Positions 30,865-42,403 of a stretch of DNA of 64,000 nt are shown one piece after another. The position numbers were made by a program, and so were the translations under genes. Numbering within the stretch: the stretch's first letter is position 1; every line of letters begins with the position of its first letter. Location: contig JBDKTL010000039.1 in the NCBI GenBank assembly GCA_039698055.1, forward strand, positions 1-64,000. The letters run 5' to 3'. The stretch comes from Methanoregula sp. (GTDB lineage Archaea > Halobacteriota > Methanomicrobia > Methanomicrobiales > Methanospirillaceae). Below the pieces are notes generated by a model. It was not told the DNA's origin, made no database searches, and saw nothing but the letters and a program-made list of their open reading frames with translations.

Positions 30865-31989
30865 TCACCCATGCCGGCGTGCATAGGCTTTCCACGGGTA
30901 CGGGAGCACCAGCATGAGCACCGCTGCAGCAATGAGCGGGAGGGGGATAGTGCCAAGAGCTGCGGTAAGCGAGTAGTGGTCGGCAATCACGCCGTTGATG
31001 GCAACGCCAAGCCCCCCCACGCCAATTGCAAGGCCGAGCATGAGCCCCGACGCAAGACCGATATTACCGGGCATCAGCTCGTGCGACATGGCGACGGCAA
31101 CGGCAAACGTCGACCAGAGTGCAAAACCAAAGAGGATGAGCATGACGATCGCGATAATCCCCGAACTGACAAAGAACAGGTAAAAAGTCGGCACCGAGGC
31201 GACAAGGCCGAGGATCATGAACTCTTTTCTCCCGATCCGGTCGGAGATGTACCCGCCCATCACCTGCCCGGCGACACCGGCAAGCAGCATCAGGGTGACA
31301 ATCATGCTTGCGATAAAGAGCGTGTAGCCCTGCGAGACAAGGAACATCGGCAGGAACGTGATCGCAGCAAACACCGACCATGCCCGGAGGATCGATGCGA
31401 TAAGCAGGATCATAAAGGGTTTTTTTGATGTTACAACGGGAGCCTCTGTGAGGACGGTTTTTGGTTTTGCCGTCGCCCCGGCAATGCCGCCGGGCAGCAG
31501 GAATTTTAAGAGGACGATCATGGCAAGCGCCGGGATGATGAGGACAAGAAGCCCATGGAGCCCCAGCCAGAAGACCAGTGCACCGGCAAGCACCGGGCCG
31601 ATCGCATACCCGATATTGCCTCCCACGACAAAATATGACGTAAGTCTTCCCCGGTTTTCGCTGGTGCAGGACCGGCTGACGATACTGAGTGCGGTCGGGT
31701 GAAAGAAGGCATGCCCGAGGGCCGCAATGACGGCAAAGGCCATGATAAGATAGTAGTTTTGGGCCAGACCCATGAGCCCGATAAAGACGCCGCTGATCAA
31801 AAGGCTGATACTGATGCTGATGGTGATGCCCCGGGTATCGGACAGCCACCCGATGACCGGCTGGGTAAATGATGAGGTGATGTTGTACGCGGTGACAAGC
31901 AGTGCCGCGGCAAAATAGGAATAGCCGTTTGCGGCGATCAGGACCGGCAGGATCGCGGGCAGGACCGGCAGGTAGATGTCGGTGACCAT
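30865..31989 (-). CDS. MFS transporter (fosmidomycin-resistance Fsr-like); true start probably further upstream
   Basis: QPVIGWLSD, GHAFFHP, GGNIGYAIGP and GYISDRIGRK motifs. Confidence 0.88.
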   Translation of the reverse strand: MVTDIYLPVLPAILPVLIAANGYSYFAAALLVTAYNITSSFTQPVIGWLSDTRGITISISISLLISGVFIGLMGLAQNYYLIMAFAVIAALGHAFFHPTALSIVSRSCTSENRGRLTSYFVVGGNIGYAIGPVLAGALVFWLGLHGLLVLIIPALAMIVLLKFLLPGGIAGATAKPKTVLTEAPVVTSKKPFMILLIASILRAWSVFAAITFLPMFLVSQGYTLFIASMIVTLMLLAGVAGQVMGGYISDRIGRKEFMILGLVASVPTFYLFFVSSGIIAIVMLILFGFALWSTFAVAVAMSHELMPGNIGLASGLMLGLAIGVGGLGVAINGVIADHYSLTAALGTIPLPLIAAAVLMLVLPYPWKAYARRHG

Positions 31990-32039
31990 GTGTGCGGCAG
32001 CAAGGCCGGTGATGGTCTGGCGGATGCTGCGGGGTGGGG

Positions 32040-32651
32040 TTACTGTCGGCGTTTCAGTCGTAGAATTTCGACCTCGATTTCCTGTATCTCCCGGGTGTGG
32101 AAAAAGAACGTGCGGCGGATGGGGAAATGACCGCCAACCCGTTCGGTGATCTCTGCACGGTCCTGTGTGTAGGCATTAATAAATGGTGTTGATCCGGCAT
32201 TAAAGATGCCATACGTTACCGGTGCGATTTGCAATGCACGGTCGATGAACGGCCGGTCGGCATGTTCTTTCTGGGCGCCAAACGGCGGGTTCATGACCAC
32301 GGTGTCAAACGATCCGGGAATCGCCGCCCCCGTGTCGGTTACGTCTGCAACGACAAACTCCACCTCAGCATCCAGCAGTGCGGCATTTTCCCGCGCAGTC
32401 CCGATGGCTTTCTCGTCGATTTCAATCCCGGTCACCGATGCTGCGCCAAGGATTGCGGCGCCGATCGCAAGTATACCCGTGCCGCTCCCCAGATCGCACA
32501 CCCTCTTCCCTTCGATATCCTGCTTCATGAATGCATGGTAGAGGAGCCGGGCGGCAAGCGGCGCCGGTGTCTGGTACTGTTCAAGGGATGCCCGGGGCTT
32601 TGTGTACCCGGCGAGGCGCTGCAATGCCATCTCAAGGTTTTTGAGTTTCAT
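32040..32651 (-). CDS. METTL5-family N6-adenine RNA methyltransferase
   Basis: LEQYQTP, DLGSGTG and NPPFG motifs. Confidence 0.9.
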   Translation of the reverse strand: MKLKNLEMALQRLAGYTKPRASLEQYQTPAPLAARLLYHAFMKQDIEGKRVCDLGSGTGILAIGAAILGAASVTGIEIDEKAIGTARENAALLDAEVEFVVADVTDTGAAIPGSFDTVVMNPPFGAQKEHADRPFIDRALQIAPVTYGIFNAGSTPFINAYTQDRAEITERVGGHFPIRRTFFFHTREIQEIEVEILRLKRRQ

Positions 32652-33596
32652 TTAGATCTCGTCAATCGCGTAGTCGTCCCATGCCCGCACGCCGCAGAGG
32701 ATCTCAAACTCCTGCGGGGAGAGGACGGGTGCCGGAAACCGGACCTGGTCGTCATAGGCAAGCCGGGGGCAGGCGGTGTTGACATAAGCGTCAAAGCCTA
32801 AATTGAGCAGCTCGTCCGGGCTTACCTCCCGCAGGGTGACAAGGACTGCCCGGGGTGACAGGCCGGCGAGCCGCTCTGCGAGTGCCCGGCGCTGCTGTCC
32901 GCTTTTTGTGCTGACAATGATGCCAATACTTTTAGCTGCCCGTGCTTTTTCGATCACCGCAAACCGCCGGCGCAGGAGGGCATCCCCGTTCACTTCCTGT
33001 GCAGATCCCGTGAGCGGATCGAGGGCAACCACCCGGGCTTTGGTGGAGAGAGCGATGCCGATGGGGTGGAAGACCCCGGTGCCGACAAACAGGCATTCCC
33101 CGGCACCGGGCATGCGGGCGGCGGCAAAACTGCACCCGAGCACCTGCCCCCGCACCGGTGTGCGCCCGCTGCCGTCAGCGACCCGCACATCAAATCCCCG
33201 TTCCTGTAAAAATGCCTCCATGGCGGGGATAAGGTGGGCGTGCTGGACGGTGGTGACAAGGCAGGTGGTCTTTTCTTTGAGGAGCGGGATCGCGTTTGTG
33301 AGGACTGAAACGTTAAAATCCACAGCGAACGGCTCGAAAATAACATTCGTCCGGTCATCGACAGGTGCATGCCCGAAATGGACCAGCACATCTGCACCGG
33401 CAAGGGTGTCGAGTGCGAGATCGCATGCCCCGTAGCAGGGATCGCCGCTGACGATCACGTCAAACCCGGCTGCTTTCAGATCAGCTGCGATGCCTGCTGC
33501 CCGCCGTTTCAGCCCTTCGGGGAACTGGAGGGCGACCCTCTGTGCCCCCCGTTTTTTCAGTGTTTTGATGATATCAGAGGTATCGTTCAACCACAT
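32652..33596 (-). CDS. dph2: Diphthamide biosynthesis enzyme Dph2
   Basis: [26 protein letters not shown] and TACPRL motifs. Confidence 0.93.
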   Translation of the reverse strand: MWLNDTSDIIKTLKKRGAQRVALQFPEGLKRRAAGIAADLKAAGFDVIVSGDPCYGACDLALDTLAGADVLVHFGHAPVDDRTNVIFEPFAVDFNVSVLTNAIPLLKEKTTCLVTTVQHAHLIPAMEAFLQERGFDVRVADGSGRTPVRGQVLGCSFAAARMPGAGECLFVGTGVFHPIGIALSTKARVVALDPLTGSAQEVNGDALLRRRFAVIEKARAAKSIGIIVSTKSGQQRRALAERLAGLSPRAVLVTLREVSPDELLNLGFDAYVNTACPRLAYDDQVRFPAPVLSPQEFEILCGVRAWDDYAIDEI

Positions 33597-34122
33597 GCAC
33601 CTTTTCGGTGACATCGATCCTGACAAGCGCCTTGTACGGGCGCCCGATGGTCGGTTCGCCACGCTGGACGGCAAAGCAGACATCCACGACTTCTGCACCG
33701 GCGATCTCCAGTGCCTGAAGAAGTGCCCGCATCGTGCCGCCGGTGCTTATCACGTCGTCGATGATGACCACCCGGTCACCCTTGTAAACCCCGTTGAGGT
33801 AGAGTTCGCCTTTTGAGTACCCGGTTGACTGGTGGACGGCAACTTCGTGAGGCAGGTTGTACACCCGTTTCCTCATGACCGTCATGGGGATATCGGTCAT
33901 CACCGAGAGCACGGCGCCGATATGAATGCCCATCGCTTCGACAACGACGATCTTGTCCACCTTGTTAAGGTCGAGCACCTTGATCATCGCGGTGCACACG
34001 TCCCGGAGCAGTGCCGGTTCAACGATGGGCACCCCGTCCGTGATCGGGTGGATGAAATAGTTGTATTCGCCCCGTTTTACCATCGGGCAGGTTTCCAGTG
34101 ATTCTACCAGTTTATCAAGCAT
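33574..34122 (-). CDS. hpt: Hypoxanthine/guanine phosphoribosyltransferase (archaeal)
   Basis: [16 protein letters not shown] and [14 protein letters not shown] motif. Confidence 0.9.
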   Translation of the reverse strand: MLDKLVESLETCPMVKRGEYNYFIHPITDGVPIVEPALLRDVCTAMIKVLDLNKVDKIVVVEAMGIHIGAVLSVMTDIPMTVMRKRVYNLPHEVAVHQSTGYSKGELYLNGVYKGDRVVIIDDVISTGGTMRALLQALEIAGAEVVDVCFAVQRGEPTIGRPYKALVRIDVTEKVHVVERYL

Positions 34123-35212
34123 GCATTTCACCTATATCTGCAAGGAACGCCTCAATCCGGTCCCGGTGCACATGGGGCATGCAGACGATCCGCAGGTGCC
34201 CGTTCCGTGTCCACGATACCTTCCAGGGTTCAGGCACGGTTTTTGCGACAAATGTTGCCACGTTCACATCCGGCGTTGCAGCTCGGGGGAACCCGAAGGT
34301 CTCCATGCCGGCAATCAGCCGCTGTGTGTTCTTCATGCAGCCGGCAACAACGGCTTTCATGCCATCCATGCCGAGGTAATCGAGCACAGCAAGTGCGCCG
34401 GCCACCGGCGCCCCGGGCCGGGTGCCGGCAAGCGTATACTCGTGTTTGACCGTCAGGTACGGGGTCGCAATATTGAGAGCGTCCAGCATCTCCGGGTCCC
34501 GGGTCAGCAGGCACCCGGCGGGAATCGTGCTCATCCCCATCTTGTGCGGGTCAACGGCAATCGTGGTGACGCCGGGAAGGGCAAAGTCAAAGGGGATGGG
34601 CCGGTCAAGGAACGGGACCACCATGCCCCCGAACGCGGCGTCGACATGCAGGAACACGTCGTGCTGGACCGCAATTTTCGAGAGATCGGCAATCGGGTCG
34701 ACCATGCCGTACTCGGTCGTGCCGGCAACACCCACGAGACAGACCGTGTTCTTGTCCACCTGTTCTGCCGCGAGGTCAGGGCACATGCGGAGATCGGCGC
34801 CAAGCGGCACCGAACGCATCTCAAGATCGAGGATATCACAGGCTTTCTTAAACGAGAAATGGGCGGATTCCGGCAGGACGACATTTGGGGCGGCAGCCTT
34901 TTTTTCCACCTTTGCAAGCCGGAGGGCCTGGATATTGGACTCCGTGCCCCCCGATGTCGCGTATCCCCCGGCAGTCGGCAGGTGAAAAAGTGTCCCGAAC
35001 CGTTCGATCAACAGCCGTTCAAGCGATGCGGTGCCCGGGAAGAGCCCGGGGTCGCCGAGGTTGGTCTCCATGAACATGCAGTGCGCCCGCACGGCCACAT
35101 CGTGGGGCAGCGTGCACATGGAACTTAAGATATAATTATGGTCAAGATCCTCCCGTTTCTTACAGGAGAAAAATGAGAAGAGTTCTTCTTCGGTGATTCC
35201 CTTATTCAGCAT
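34115..35212 (-). CDS. mfnA: L-tyrosine/L-aspartate decarboxylase MfnA
   Basis: [33 protein letters not shown] and DPHKMG (PLP lysine). Confidence 0.93.
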   Translation of the reverse strand: MLNKGITEEELFSFFSCKKREDLDHNYILSSMCTLPHDVAVRAHCMFMETNLGDPGLFPGTASLERLLIERFGTLFHLPTAGGYATSGGTESNIQALRLAKVEKKAAAPNVVLPESAHFSFKKACDILDLEMRSVPLGADLRMCPDLAAEQVDKNTVCLVGVAGTTEYGMVDPIADLSKIAVQHDVFLHVDAAFGGMVVPFLDRPIPFDFALPGVTTIAVDPHKMGMSTIPAGCLLTRDPEMLDALNIATPYLTVKHEYTLAGTRPGAPVAGALAVLDYLGMDGMKAVVAGCMKNTQRLIAGMETFGFPRAATPDVNVATFVAKTVPEPWKVSWTRNGHLRIVCMPHVHRDRIEAFLADIGEMHA

Positions 35213-37484
35213 TGCTTTGTCTCGCCGCTTCAAGGATGATACGTTTCTCCGTGCGGGCGACTGCCTCACGGATCTTTGCAATCGCATCGATGTTTGCCGA
35301 GATGCTCGTGATGCCGTGCTCGACTAACCAGACTGCCATCTTCGGGTCAGAGCCAGCCTGCCCGCAGATCGAGCATTCCACATCATAGGCACGGCATTCC
35401 TGGATTGCGTTGTGGATCAGGTGCAGCACCGCCGGGTGGGTGGGCTCGTACATGTCCGCAACATTCTCGTTGTTCCGGTCGATGGCAAGGGTATACTGGA
35501 TCAGGTCGTTGGTGCCAAAGGACGCGAACCTGATGCCGGCTTTTAAGAAGTCCTCGATCATGATCGCGCTTGACGGGATCTCGATCATGATGCCAAGCGT
35601 TGCCTTTTCGACATCCACGCCCCATTCCCGCATCATCTCTTTTGCCTGGATGAACTGGTTGGGGTGGGAGACCATCGGGAACATGACGCCGAGGTTCTCG
35701 TAGCCCTCTTTCCAGAGCCGCTTGAACGCTTCCACCTGGAGCCGGAACTGTTCCTTGCTCTGGAGGTCGCGGCGGATGCCTCTCCAGCCAAGCATCGGGT
35801 TGTGCTCATGGGGCTCGTTCTCGCCGCCTGCCATGTTCCGGAACTCGTCGGTTGGCGCATCAAGCGTCCTCACCCAGACGGTTTTTCCCGGGAACGCGTC
35901 GAGCACGATCTTGATGCCGTCGTGGAGTTCCTTGACAAAGTCTTCCTCTTTCTTGTTTGCGATAAACCAGCCGGGGGTCTTGTTGAGCCCGAGGATCAGG
36001 TGTTCGATCCTGAGCAGGCCGACACCGTCTGCGCCGGTCGCTGCTGCCCGTCCCGCGGCTTCGGGGATGGAGACGTTGACCTTGACACTGGTCGCGGTGA
36101 TGATGGGCGCCGAAGCGATCACTGCCTGTGCCGCCGGGGCGGTTTTTGCGGCAGTAGCTGCGCCGGTTACCCCTTCGTAGATGAGCCCCATCTCGCCGTC
36201 AACGGTGACCATCTGCCCGTTTTTGAGGATTTGTGTAGCGGTTTTTGTACCGACAACTGCAGGTGTGCCCAGTTCCCTGCTGACGATTGCCGCGTGGCAG
36301 GTCATCCCGCCTTCATCGGTGATAATGGCGGCAACCTTGCGCATCGCCGGCACCATGTCCGGGTTGGTCATCCGGGTGACGAGGATGTCGCCCTCTTTGA
36401 CTGAGCCCGTATCCTTTGCATCCCGTATAATTGCCACCCTGCCGGAAGCGATACCCGGTGCCGCTCCCTGGCCCTGTAAAATGATCTTTGCATCTTTGTT
36501 GGAAGACATGCCCTTTGCCTCTTTTTTACCGATGGTCGTGATGGGCCGGGACTGGAGGATATAGATCGTTCCGGCGACGATACCCCATTCAACATCCTGG
36601 GGAATTCCGTAATGGTTCTCCGCGATCTTGCCGTACATCGCAAGTTTTGTCACTTCCGCATCGGAGAGCACCTGGGCGTCCTGCCGTGCGGGAGATACAT
36701 TGAGAGTTTTTGTGCCGTGATCGCCGTCTGCAACGATCTCGACTTTTTTGTTTGCGATCATCTGCTCGACGATCTTCTCCGTCCGCTGGTCAAAAACGTA
36801 TTTGTCAGGAGAGACCGAGCCGGAGACCACGGCTTCGCCCAACCCCCATGACCCCTCGATGATGGTGAGGGGTTCACCGGAGATGGGATGCGACGTAAAC
36901 ATAACCCCGGCTTTTTCCGAGTGGACCAGTTGCTGGACCACAACGGCAATGTTGACCGTGGCGTCGTCAAACCCCTGTTTTGACCGGTAATAGATCGCCC
37001 GTGCCCCGTAGAGCGATGCCCAGCACTGCTGGACTGCTGCGACGAGCGCCACCTCACCCTTGATATTGAGGAAGGTCTCCTGCTGGCCGGCAAAACTTGC
37101 GTCCGGCAGGTCTTCAGCCGTAGCGCTCGATCGCACCGCGACCACGAGATCGGACGCCGACATTTTTGCGTAGGCTTTCTTGATCTCGTCTTTTATCGCA
37201 GCGGGCATCTTTGCCCCCATGACCAGGGCTTTTGCCCGGTCAGCAGCCTTTTCAAGCGCTGCGTTATTTTCCACATCCAGCAGGCTTGCGGATTTAAAAA
37301 TCTCCTGGTCTATTTTTGTTTCGACCAGAAACCTGCGAAATGCCTGGGCAGTTACCACAAACGCCCGGGGAACCGGCAGACCGATGGATGCCATTTCGCC
37401 AAGGGAAGCCCCCTTCCCTCCGACGGAACTGATATCCTCCTTTCGAATCTCTTCGAGCCATAGAATATTGGGCACATCTTTCAT
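35202..37484 (-). CDS. ppsA: Phosphoenolpyruvate synthase
   Basis: VGGKGASLGE, RSSATAEDLPDASFAGQQET, GGMTCHAAIVSRE and SFGTNDL motifs. Confidence 0.96.
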   Translation of the reverse strand: MKDVPNILWLEEIRKEDISSVGGKGASLGEMASIGLPVPRAFVVTAQAFRRFLVETKIDQEIFKSASLLDVENNAALEKAADRAKALVMGAKMPAAIKDEIKKAYAKMSASDLVVAVRSSATAEDLPDASFAGQQETFLNIKGEVALVAAVQQCWASLYGARAIYYRSKQGFDDATVNIAVVVQQLVHSEKAGVMFTSHPISGEPLTIIEGSWGLGEAVVSGSVSPDKYVFDQRTEKIVEQMIANKKVEIVADGDHGTKTLNVSPARQDAQVLSDAEVTKLAMYGKIAENHYGIPQDVEWGIVAGTIYILQSRPITTIGKKEAKGMSSNKDAKIILQGQGAAPGIASGRVAIIRDAKDTGSVKEGDILVTRMTNPDMVPAMRKVAAIITDEGGMTCHAAIVSRELGTPAVVGTKTATQILKNGQMVTVDGEMGLIYEGVTGAATAAKTAPAAQAVIASAPIITATSVKVNVSIPEAAGRAAATGADGVGLLRIEHLILGLNKTPGWFIANKKEEDFVKELHDGIKIVLDAFPGKTVWVRTLDAPTDEFRNMAGGENEPHEHNPMLGWRGIRRDLQSKEQFRLQVEAFKRLWKEGYENLGVMFPMVSHPNQFIQAKEMMREWGVDVEKATLGIMIEIPSSAIMIEDFLKAGIRFASFGTNDLIQYTLAIDRNNENVADMYEPTHPAVLHLIHNAIQECRAYDVECSICGQAGSDPKMAVWLVEHGITSISANIDAIAKIREAVARTEKRIILEAARQSNAE

Positions 37485-37655
37485 GCTCGCACCACTATGA
37501 TCTCATCTCCACCCTGTTTAATAATTATCATATGACGGGACGGCGGATTTTCTCTCATAAACCGGTGTGTCGGGGTGATCCCGGTACAAACGCCATGAAA
37601 GCGCGGAAAAGAATAACCCTGATTAAGTATTGCGCAGATAGTATATGGGTTTTTT

Positions 37656-39260
37656 ATGGCAAACGCGAGAGTGCTCGTCAGCGATCCGCTGGCGGAAGAA
37701 GGGCTCGTGATCCTTCGGGCGGCAGTTGACGTGGACGTCAAGACCGACCTCAAGGAAGACGAGCTCTTGAAGATCATCGGGGATTACGATGCCCTGCTCG
37801 TGCGGAGCAGCACGGATGTCAATGCGAAGGTTATCGAGGCAGGCAAAAAGCTGAAGTTTATCGGGCGTGCCGGTGTCGGCGTGGATAATATCGATATGGA
37901 TGCGGCGACACGAAAAGGTATTATCGTTGCCAATGCGCCGGAAGGAAACACCCTTGCCGCAACCGAGCACACGATGGCAATGATGCAGTCCCTTGCCCGC
38001 AACATCCCGCAGGCAAACGCGAGCCTCAAAAAGAAGGAGTGGAAGCGCTCGAAGTTCATGGGCGTGGAGCTCAACGAAAAGACGCTCGGGATTGTCGGAT
38101 TTGGGCGTATCGGGCGTGAAGTGGCGAAACGGGCAAACGCGATGGACATGAAAGTCGTCGCCTATGACCCGTTTATCACAAAAGAGCGGGCCGCCCAGCT
38201 CGGCGTCGAGATGATGTCCATGGCCGATCTTTTCAAGGTCGCCGACGTCATCACCGTCCACACGCCCCTGATCGCCGAGACACGGCATGTGATCAACGAA
38301 AAGAGCATCGCGACGATGAAAGACGGCGTGCGGATCATCAACTGCGCCCGTGGCGGCATCATCGACGAGAAGGCGCTTTACGATGCGGTCAAGAGCGGCA
38401 AGGTTGCCGGTGCTGCACTCGATGTCTTTGAGAACGAGCCCCCGACCGAATCCCCGCTGCTGACGCTTGACCAGATCATCGTCACCCCGCACCTCGGGGC
38501 GAGCACGGTCGAGGCACAGGTGAACGTCGCCGTCTCCGTGGCAAAGCAGTGCATCGAAGTCTTAAAAGGCGGGGCGGCAAAATACGTGGTCAATGCCCCG
38601 ATGGTCCCGCCCGAGCATGCAGAAGTGCTCGCACCCTTTGCCCAGCTCGCCGAGAAGATGGGACGCTTTGTCACCCAGATCGCGGGCGGCAGGATCTCAT
38701 CGGTTGAGCTGATCTACGGCGGGGAACTCTCCGCGTATGCCGGCAGCATGAAGTACGTCACCCGCCTTGCCCTGAAAGGAATTCTCGATCCGGTCCTCCA
38801 GCAGCCGGTCAATATCGTCAACGCGGATTTCATTGCCAAAGAACGCGGTATCGCCGTCAGCGAGACGGTCACGCAGGAGTCCAGCGGATTCAAGAACCTC
38901 ATCACCATCCGGATCAAGACCGATCAGGGAGAAGAGACGGTCAGCGGCACGGTGTTTTTCAAGGGCCGCAGCCGGATTGTCGCTGTCGGCGGCTACACGA
39001 TGGACATGATCCCCGAAGGGTACGTAATTGTCTCCCGTCACCTGGATAAGCCCGGGGTTATCGGGCGGGCATCCACGATCCTCGGGAAACGCGAGATCAA
39101 TATTGCCGGCATGCAGGTCGGCCGGATCAACCCCGGCGACAAGGCGCTCATGGTGCTCAATGTCGACAGCGAAGTGCCCGAAGACGTGATGGCCGAGATC
39201 CGCTCCATGCCGGGAATTTTCACCGCAACGTTTGCCAAAATATCAGCAGAAAAGATCTGA
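37656..39260 (+). CDS. serA: D-3-phosphoglycerate dehydrogenase
   Basis: GRAGVGVDNID, GFGRIG, NCARGG, TPHLGAST and a C-terminal ACT domain (DKPGVIG). Confidence 0.96.
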   Translation: MANARVLVSDPLAEEGLVILRAAVDVDVKTDLKEDELLKIIGDYDALLVRSSTDVNAKVIEAGKKLKFIGRAGVGVDNIDMDAATRKGIIVANAPEGNTLAATEHTMAMMQSLARNIPQANASLKKKEWKRSKFMGVELNEKTLGIVGFGRIGREVAKRANAMDMKVVAYDPFITKERAAQLGVEMMSMADLFKVADVITVHTPLIAETRHVINEKSIATMKDGVRIINCARGGIIDEKALYDAVKSGKVAGAALDVFENEPPTESPLLTLDQIIVTPHLGASTVEAQVNVAVSVAKQCIEVLKGGAAKYVVNAPMVPPEHAEVLAPFAQLAEKMGRFVTQIAGGRISSVELIYGGELSAYAGSMKYVTRLALKGILDPVLQQPVNIVNADFIAKERGIAVSETVTQESSGFKNLITIRIKTDQGEETVSGTVFFKGRSRIVAVGGYTMDMIPEGYVIVSRHLDKPGVIGRASTILGKREINIAGMQVGRINPGDKALMVLNVDSEVPEDVMAEIRSMPGIFTATFAKISAEKI

Positions 39261-39622
39261 GGAGAAATTCCTCACCTTTTTTTTAACAATGCACCATTCT
39301 TGGTGTGTTTTTTATGATGACCTGTGTTCAAAGGTTGAAGATCTCCCTACGTTGATCATAACCCATCTTCAGATTCACCATCTGCATACACCCGCCTGTC
39401 AGTAACCAACGCCTGTCCCGGAGTACTATACAATCATCTCCCCAAAATGGCGATGAAACCCACAAGAACCCCGACAGGATCAATGTCTGATTTCCTTAAA
39501 AAGAGAGCCAGAGCAGGAGATACCCGATCATGGCAAGGAACAAGATACTCAAAGACCCTATCTCAACAAATGACGGGCAACCGGGATCAACCGTATCGTA
39601 TTACAAAAAAAAAGTGGTTTGG

Positions 39623-39865
39623 TTAACATGGCATAGCGGAGCCGGGAACATACCTTCGTACATCTACCTGTGCCCCACTCTTTGCCATACGTTCTGCGAT
39701 AGTAAGGATTTCATGAGCAACCTGTTCATCCACGTAATCCTCGCCGCAGTTTGTGCAGATCTGTGCCGGGACCTCTTTTACGACAAGGGTCATTCCGTCC
39801 CGGTCAAAGGTGACCGTTGTCGTACCTCCTTTGGTATCCCCATGTTTGCAGATGACGCACTTCAT
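39623..39865 (-). CDS. YgiT-type zinc finger protein (MqsA-like antitoxin)
   Basis: MKCVIC...VPAQICTNCGEDY. Confidence 0.85.
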   Translation of the reverse strand: MKCVICKHGDTKGGTTTVTFDRDGMTLVVKEVPAQICTNCGEDYVDEQVAHEILTIAERMAKSGAQVDVRRYVPGSAMPC

Positions 39866-40164
39866 GATCTCCTCCGCGTATAATTATCAGACCACACATC
39901 CGGGTCTGGTTCGTATGCTGTGATAACAATTGCTTCACGTTCTACATTATTGTATGCCATGACCACGTGAAGCGGACGACCGCTTATCCTTCCTGAAACA
40001 AGACAACTGGGATATGGTACATCATCAGGGTATTCTTCTATAATTGTTCCAGGTCCAAGCAGTTCACGAATATCAGAATCTGATATTTTCCGCTGGAACA
40101 TCTGCCGTAACGCATGGATACGGAATTTCAGGTGCCGATGCACAGGATATTTTTTATCGATCAT
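39862..40164 (-). CDS. DUF4258 family protein (putative toxin)
   Basis: HALRQMFQR, IIEEYPDD-PYPSCL, RPLHVV and VITAYEPD motifs; ATGA overlap with the YgiT gene. Confidence 0.85.
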   Translation of the reverse strand: MIDKKYPVHRHLKFRIHALRQMFQRKISDSDIRELLGPGTIIEEYPDDVPYPSCLVSGRISGRPLHVVMAYNNVEREAIVITAYEPDPDVWSDNYTRRRS

Positions 40165-40334
40165 GACCTATTCCCTGCACTACGATCTTCTTATTCTAAT
40201 CCGGATGTTCAGACTTTAAAAAGGTGGTGCACAGAGCATGAAAATAATCAAGGGGCCCGCGTATGATGGGGCAACCGGGAAGATCTTCTTCTGGCATGCT
40301 ACCTGCTGTGCGTTTTTTCCCGGGCAAAACAAAA

Positions 40335-40724
40335 TCAATACCCGATTACTCTCAGGTCAGGGATTTTTTCAAAATGCCGGTCCCGGGTTATGATCTCCCC
40401 GTCATTGCAGAGGGCGATTGCCGCAATCACTTCATCGAAGTCCCCGATGGAGGTACCCTTGATATACAGACCTGCCGCAATCCTTCCAAAGGCTTCGTAC
40501 ATGGTTTCGTCAACCGGCAGGAGGGTAAATAATTCAAGGAGGGTCCTGACTTTGTCAAGGTTTTTGCTGTTCCCTGAAACGTACGCTCCTTTGTATAATT
40601 CCATGGCCGTTATCGCGGTTGTCGAGAGAGCGATTCCCTGCTGTTCAAAACCGGTATACCGTTTTAATGCGCCACGGTCTCTTCGCATCAGGTCAACAAG
40701 AAACGACGTGTCGGCAAGCGGCAT
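40335..40724 (-). CDS. vapC: VapC PIN-domain toxin
   Basis: ADTSFLVD, ELYKG, FDEVIAAIA and TRDRHF motifs. Confidence 0.9.
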   Translation of the reverse strand: MPLADTSFLVDLMRRDRGALKRYTGFEQQGIALSTTAITAMELYKGAYVSGNSKNLDKVRTLLELFTLLPVDETMYEAFGRIAAGLYIKGTSIGDFDEVIAAIALCNDGEIITRDRHFEKIPDLRVIGY

Positions 40725-40951
40725 CAGAACTTGACCTCATGCATCCTGCCTTTGCGCATCTCATGGGATACCTTCTCGACCGTATCGGCAAGGTCCGTGC
40801 AGTCCCCGAGCTCATCAAGCACGTCCGATAATTTCCGCTTGATGGGGTAATATTTTACAATCACGTCAGAGAAACTTACCTTATCATCTTTTTTTAATGC
40901 CCTCAGCCGATCGTATGCTTCTTCTGTGATGCTGATGGTTTTTGTGGACAT
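40724..40951 (-). CDS. VapB-like antitoxin (archaeal)
   Basis: [16 protein letters not shown]...SFSDVI; stop overlaps the vapC start. Confidence 0.85.
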   Translation of the reverse strand: MSTKTISITEEAYDRLRALKKDDKVSFSDVIVKYYPIKRKLSDVLDELGDCTDLADTVEKVSHEMRKGRMHEVKF

Positions 40952-41279
40952 GATCAATTCTGTGTATGTATGTGTATTTAACCATAATCGCGGGTGTGTG
41001 TGACCACATGCCATCCGGGTCCTGCGGTGAGGCTGATGGTCACGCATTGTTGTAACAATTGATTTTGCGGCAGGCGGGTTGTCAGCCCGCGAAATCTCTT
41101 TTACAGGATTGGATTTTACGTGCCTGCACCCGGTCAGTTCTTTGACAAATACCGGCATTCTCCGATGTTACCGGCATCATCCGATCAATTAAAAACCGGA
41201 GCACCGGAGAACGAAATCACGCTGATCCGGCCTGGCAGGTGTTACGAGCGGAATTATTGCAAAAGCATTTCCTGACCGC

Positions 41280-42170
41280 TCACCTGACAACCGCGTACGT
41301 AAAGGATAACGACCGGTAGAGTTCCCGGTCTTTGTTTTTCCCATGGAAGTACATCTGCCGGTACTCATCACTGGTCACTGTCCGGACCCGGGTAAAACCC
41401 CGTTTTTCAAGGAACGCTTCGGCACCTTCCTCCGGCATGGCAAACCGGATCGGCTCGCCGCCCTGTGCCGTGTGCTCCCCGAGATTTTTTCGCGTGCCAT
41501 CCGGGGATGGAGCGTTGTGCCGGGTTGTGGCCGAACAATCAAAGAGTATGGCGCTGCCCCTGCCGGAATTCTGCACAATAAAAAAAAGCATGGCATCGAT
41601 GGCGGGGAGCGGAAGATACATGATGAGGCCCTCCATGACAAAAAGGGTCTTTTTTGCCGGGGAATACCCGCACTCCGGCAGCCGCCGGCCAAATTCCTGC
41701 GTCTCGAAATCGACCGGGACGTACACGACATGATCCGGGAGCCTGCCAAAAATTTCCCGGATCTTCTCTTTTTTGACCTGCTGGGTATCGGGATGATCGA
41801 TCTCAAAGACCCGGACGTGGCCTTTAAGTTCGTCGATCCGGTACGCCCGGGTGTCATACCCTGCCCCCATGATGACCAGCTGTTCAAGTCCGCATCCAGC
41901 AGCGGCCCTGATGGTATCGTCAAAATACCGGACCCGGGCCACGATGGTATTTTCAAGCCCGGGAAACCTCGTCGTTGAATATTCAGCAACCCGGGCACGC
42001 TTGGCCGGACTGACGAAATGGATCGCGTAAGGATCGCAGCAGATCCGCTCATCCTCCGGAAGCATCGATTCGGCCGCCCGGAATGCTGCGACACCCTCTG
42101 CGGTCCGGCTGGGCCCTGCTCTCGTGTGCACCGCTCCACCATGACCCCGGGCCGGGCCAGACTGTTCCAT
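41280..42170 (-). CDS. Class I SAM-dependent methyltransferase (LCM-like)
   Basis: SRTAEGVAAFRA, RVRYFD, QLVIMGAGYDTRAYR and EGLIMYL motifs. Confidence 0.88.
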   Translation of the reverse strand: MEQSGPARGHGGAVHTRAGPSRTAEGVAAFRAAESMLPEDERICCDPYAIHFVSPAKRARVAEYSTTRFPGLENTIVARVRYFDDTIRAAAGCGLEQLVIMGAGYDTRAYRIDELKGHVRVFEIDHPDTQQVKKEKIREIFGRLPDHVVYVPVDFETQEFGRRLPECGYSPAKKTLFVMEGLIMYLPLPAIDAMLFFIVQNSGRGSAILFDCSATTRHNAPSPDGTRKNLGEHTAQGGEPIRFAMPEEGAEAFLEKRGFTRVRTVTSDEYRQMYFHGKNKDRELYRSLSFTYAVVR

Positions 42171-42403
42171 AACCTGCGTTTTTTTTTAGAGATAATGAGG
42201 GTTCTGATTTAACCTTTTACGATATTGGCCAGCGATTCGTTCCTGCACCCGGGAATCAGGATGCAGGTGCAGAACCGGCACAAAAATATCCCGAATTCGG
42301 GATCTTACTATTAATTGCAAAAATTATCATTCCCACAGGTCATCAAATAAATAGATTTATTGTCAGAACCGTGGATTATCAATATCCAAAGGAGGCAATA
42401 TAT

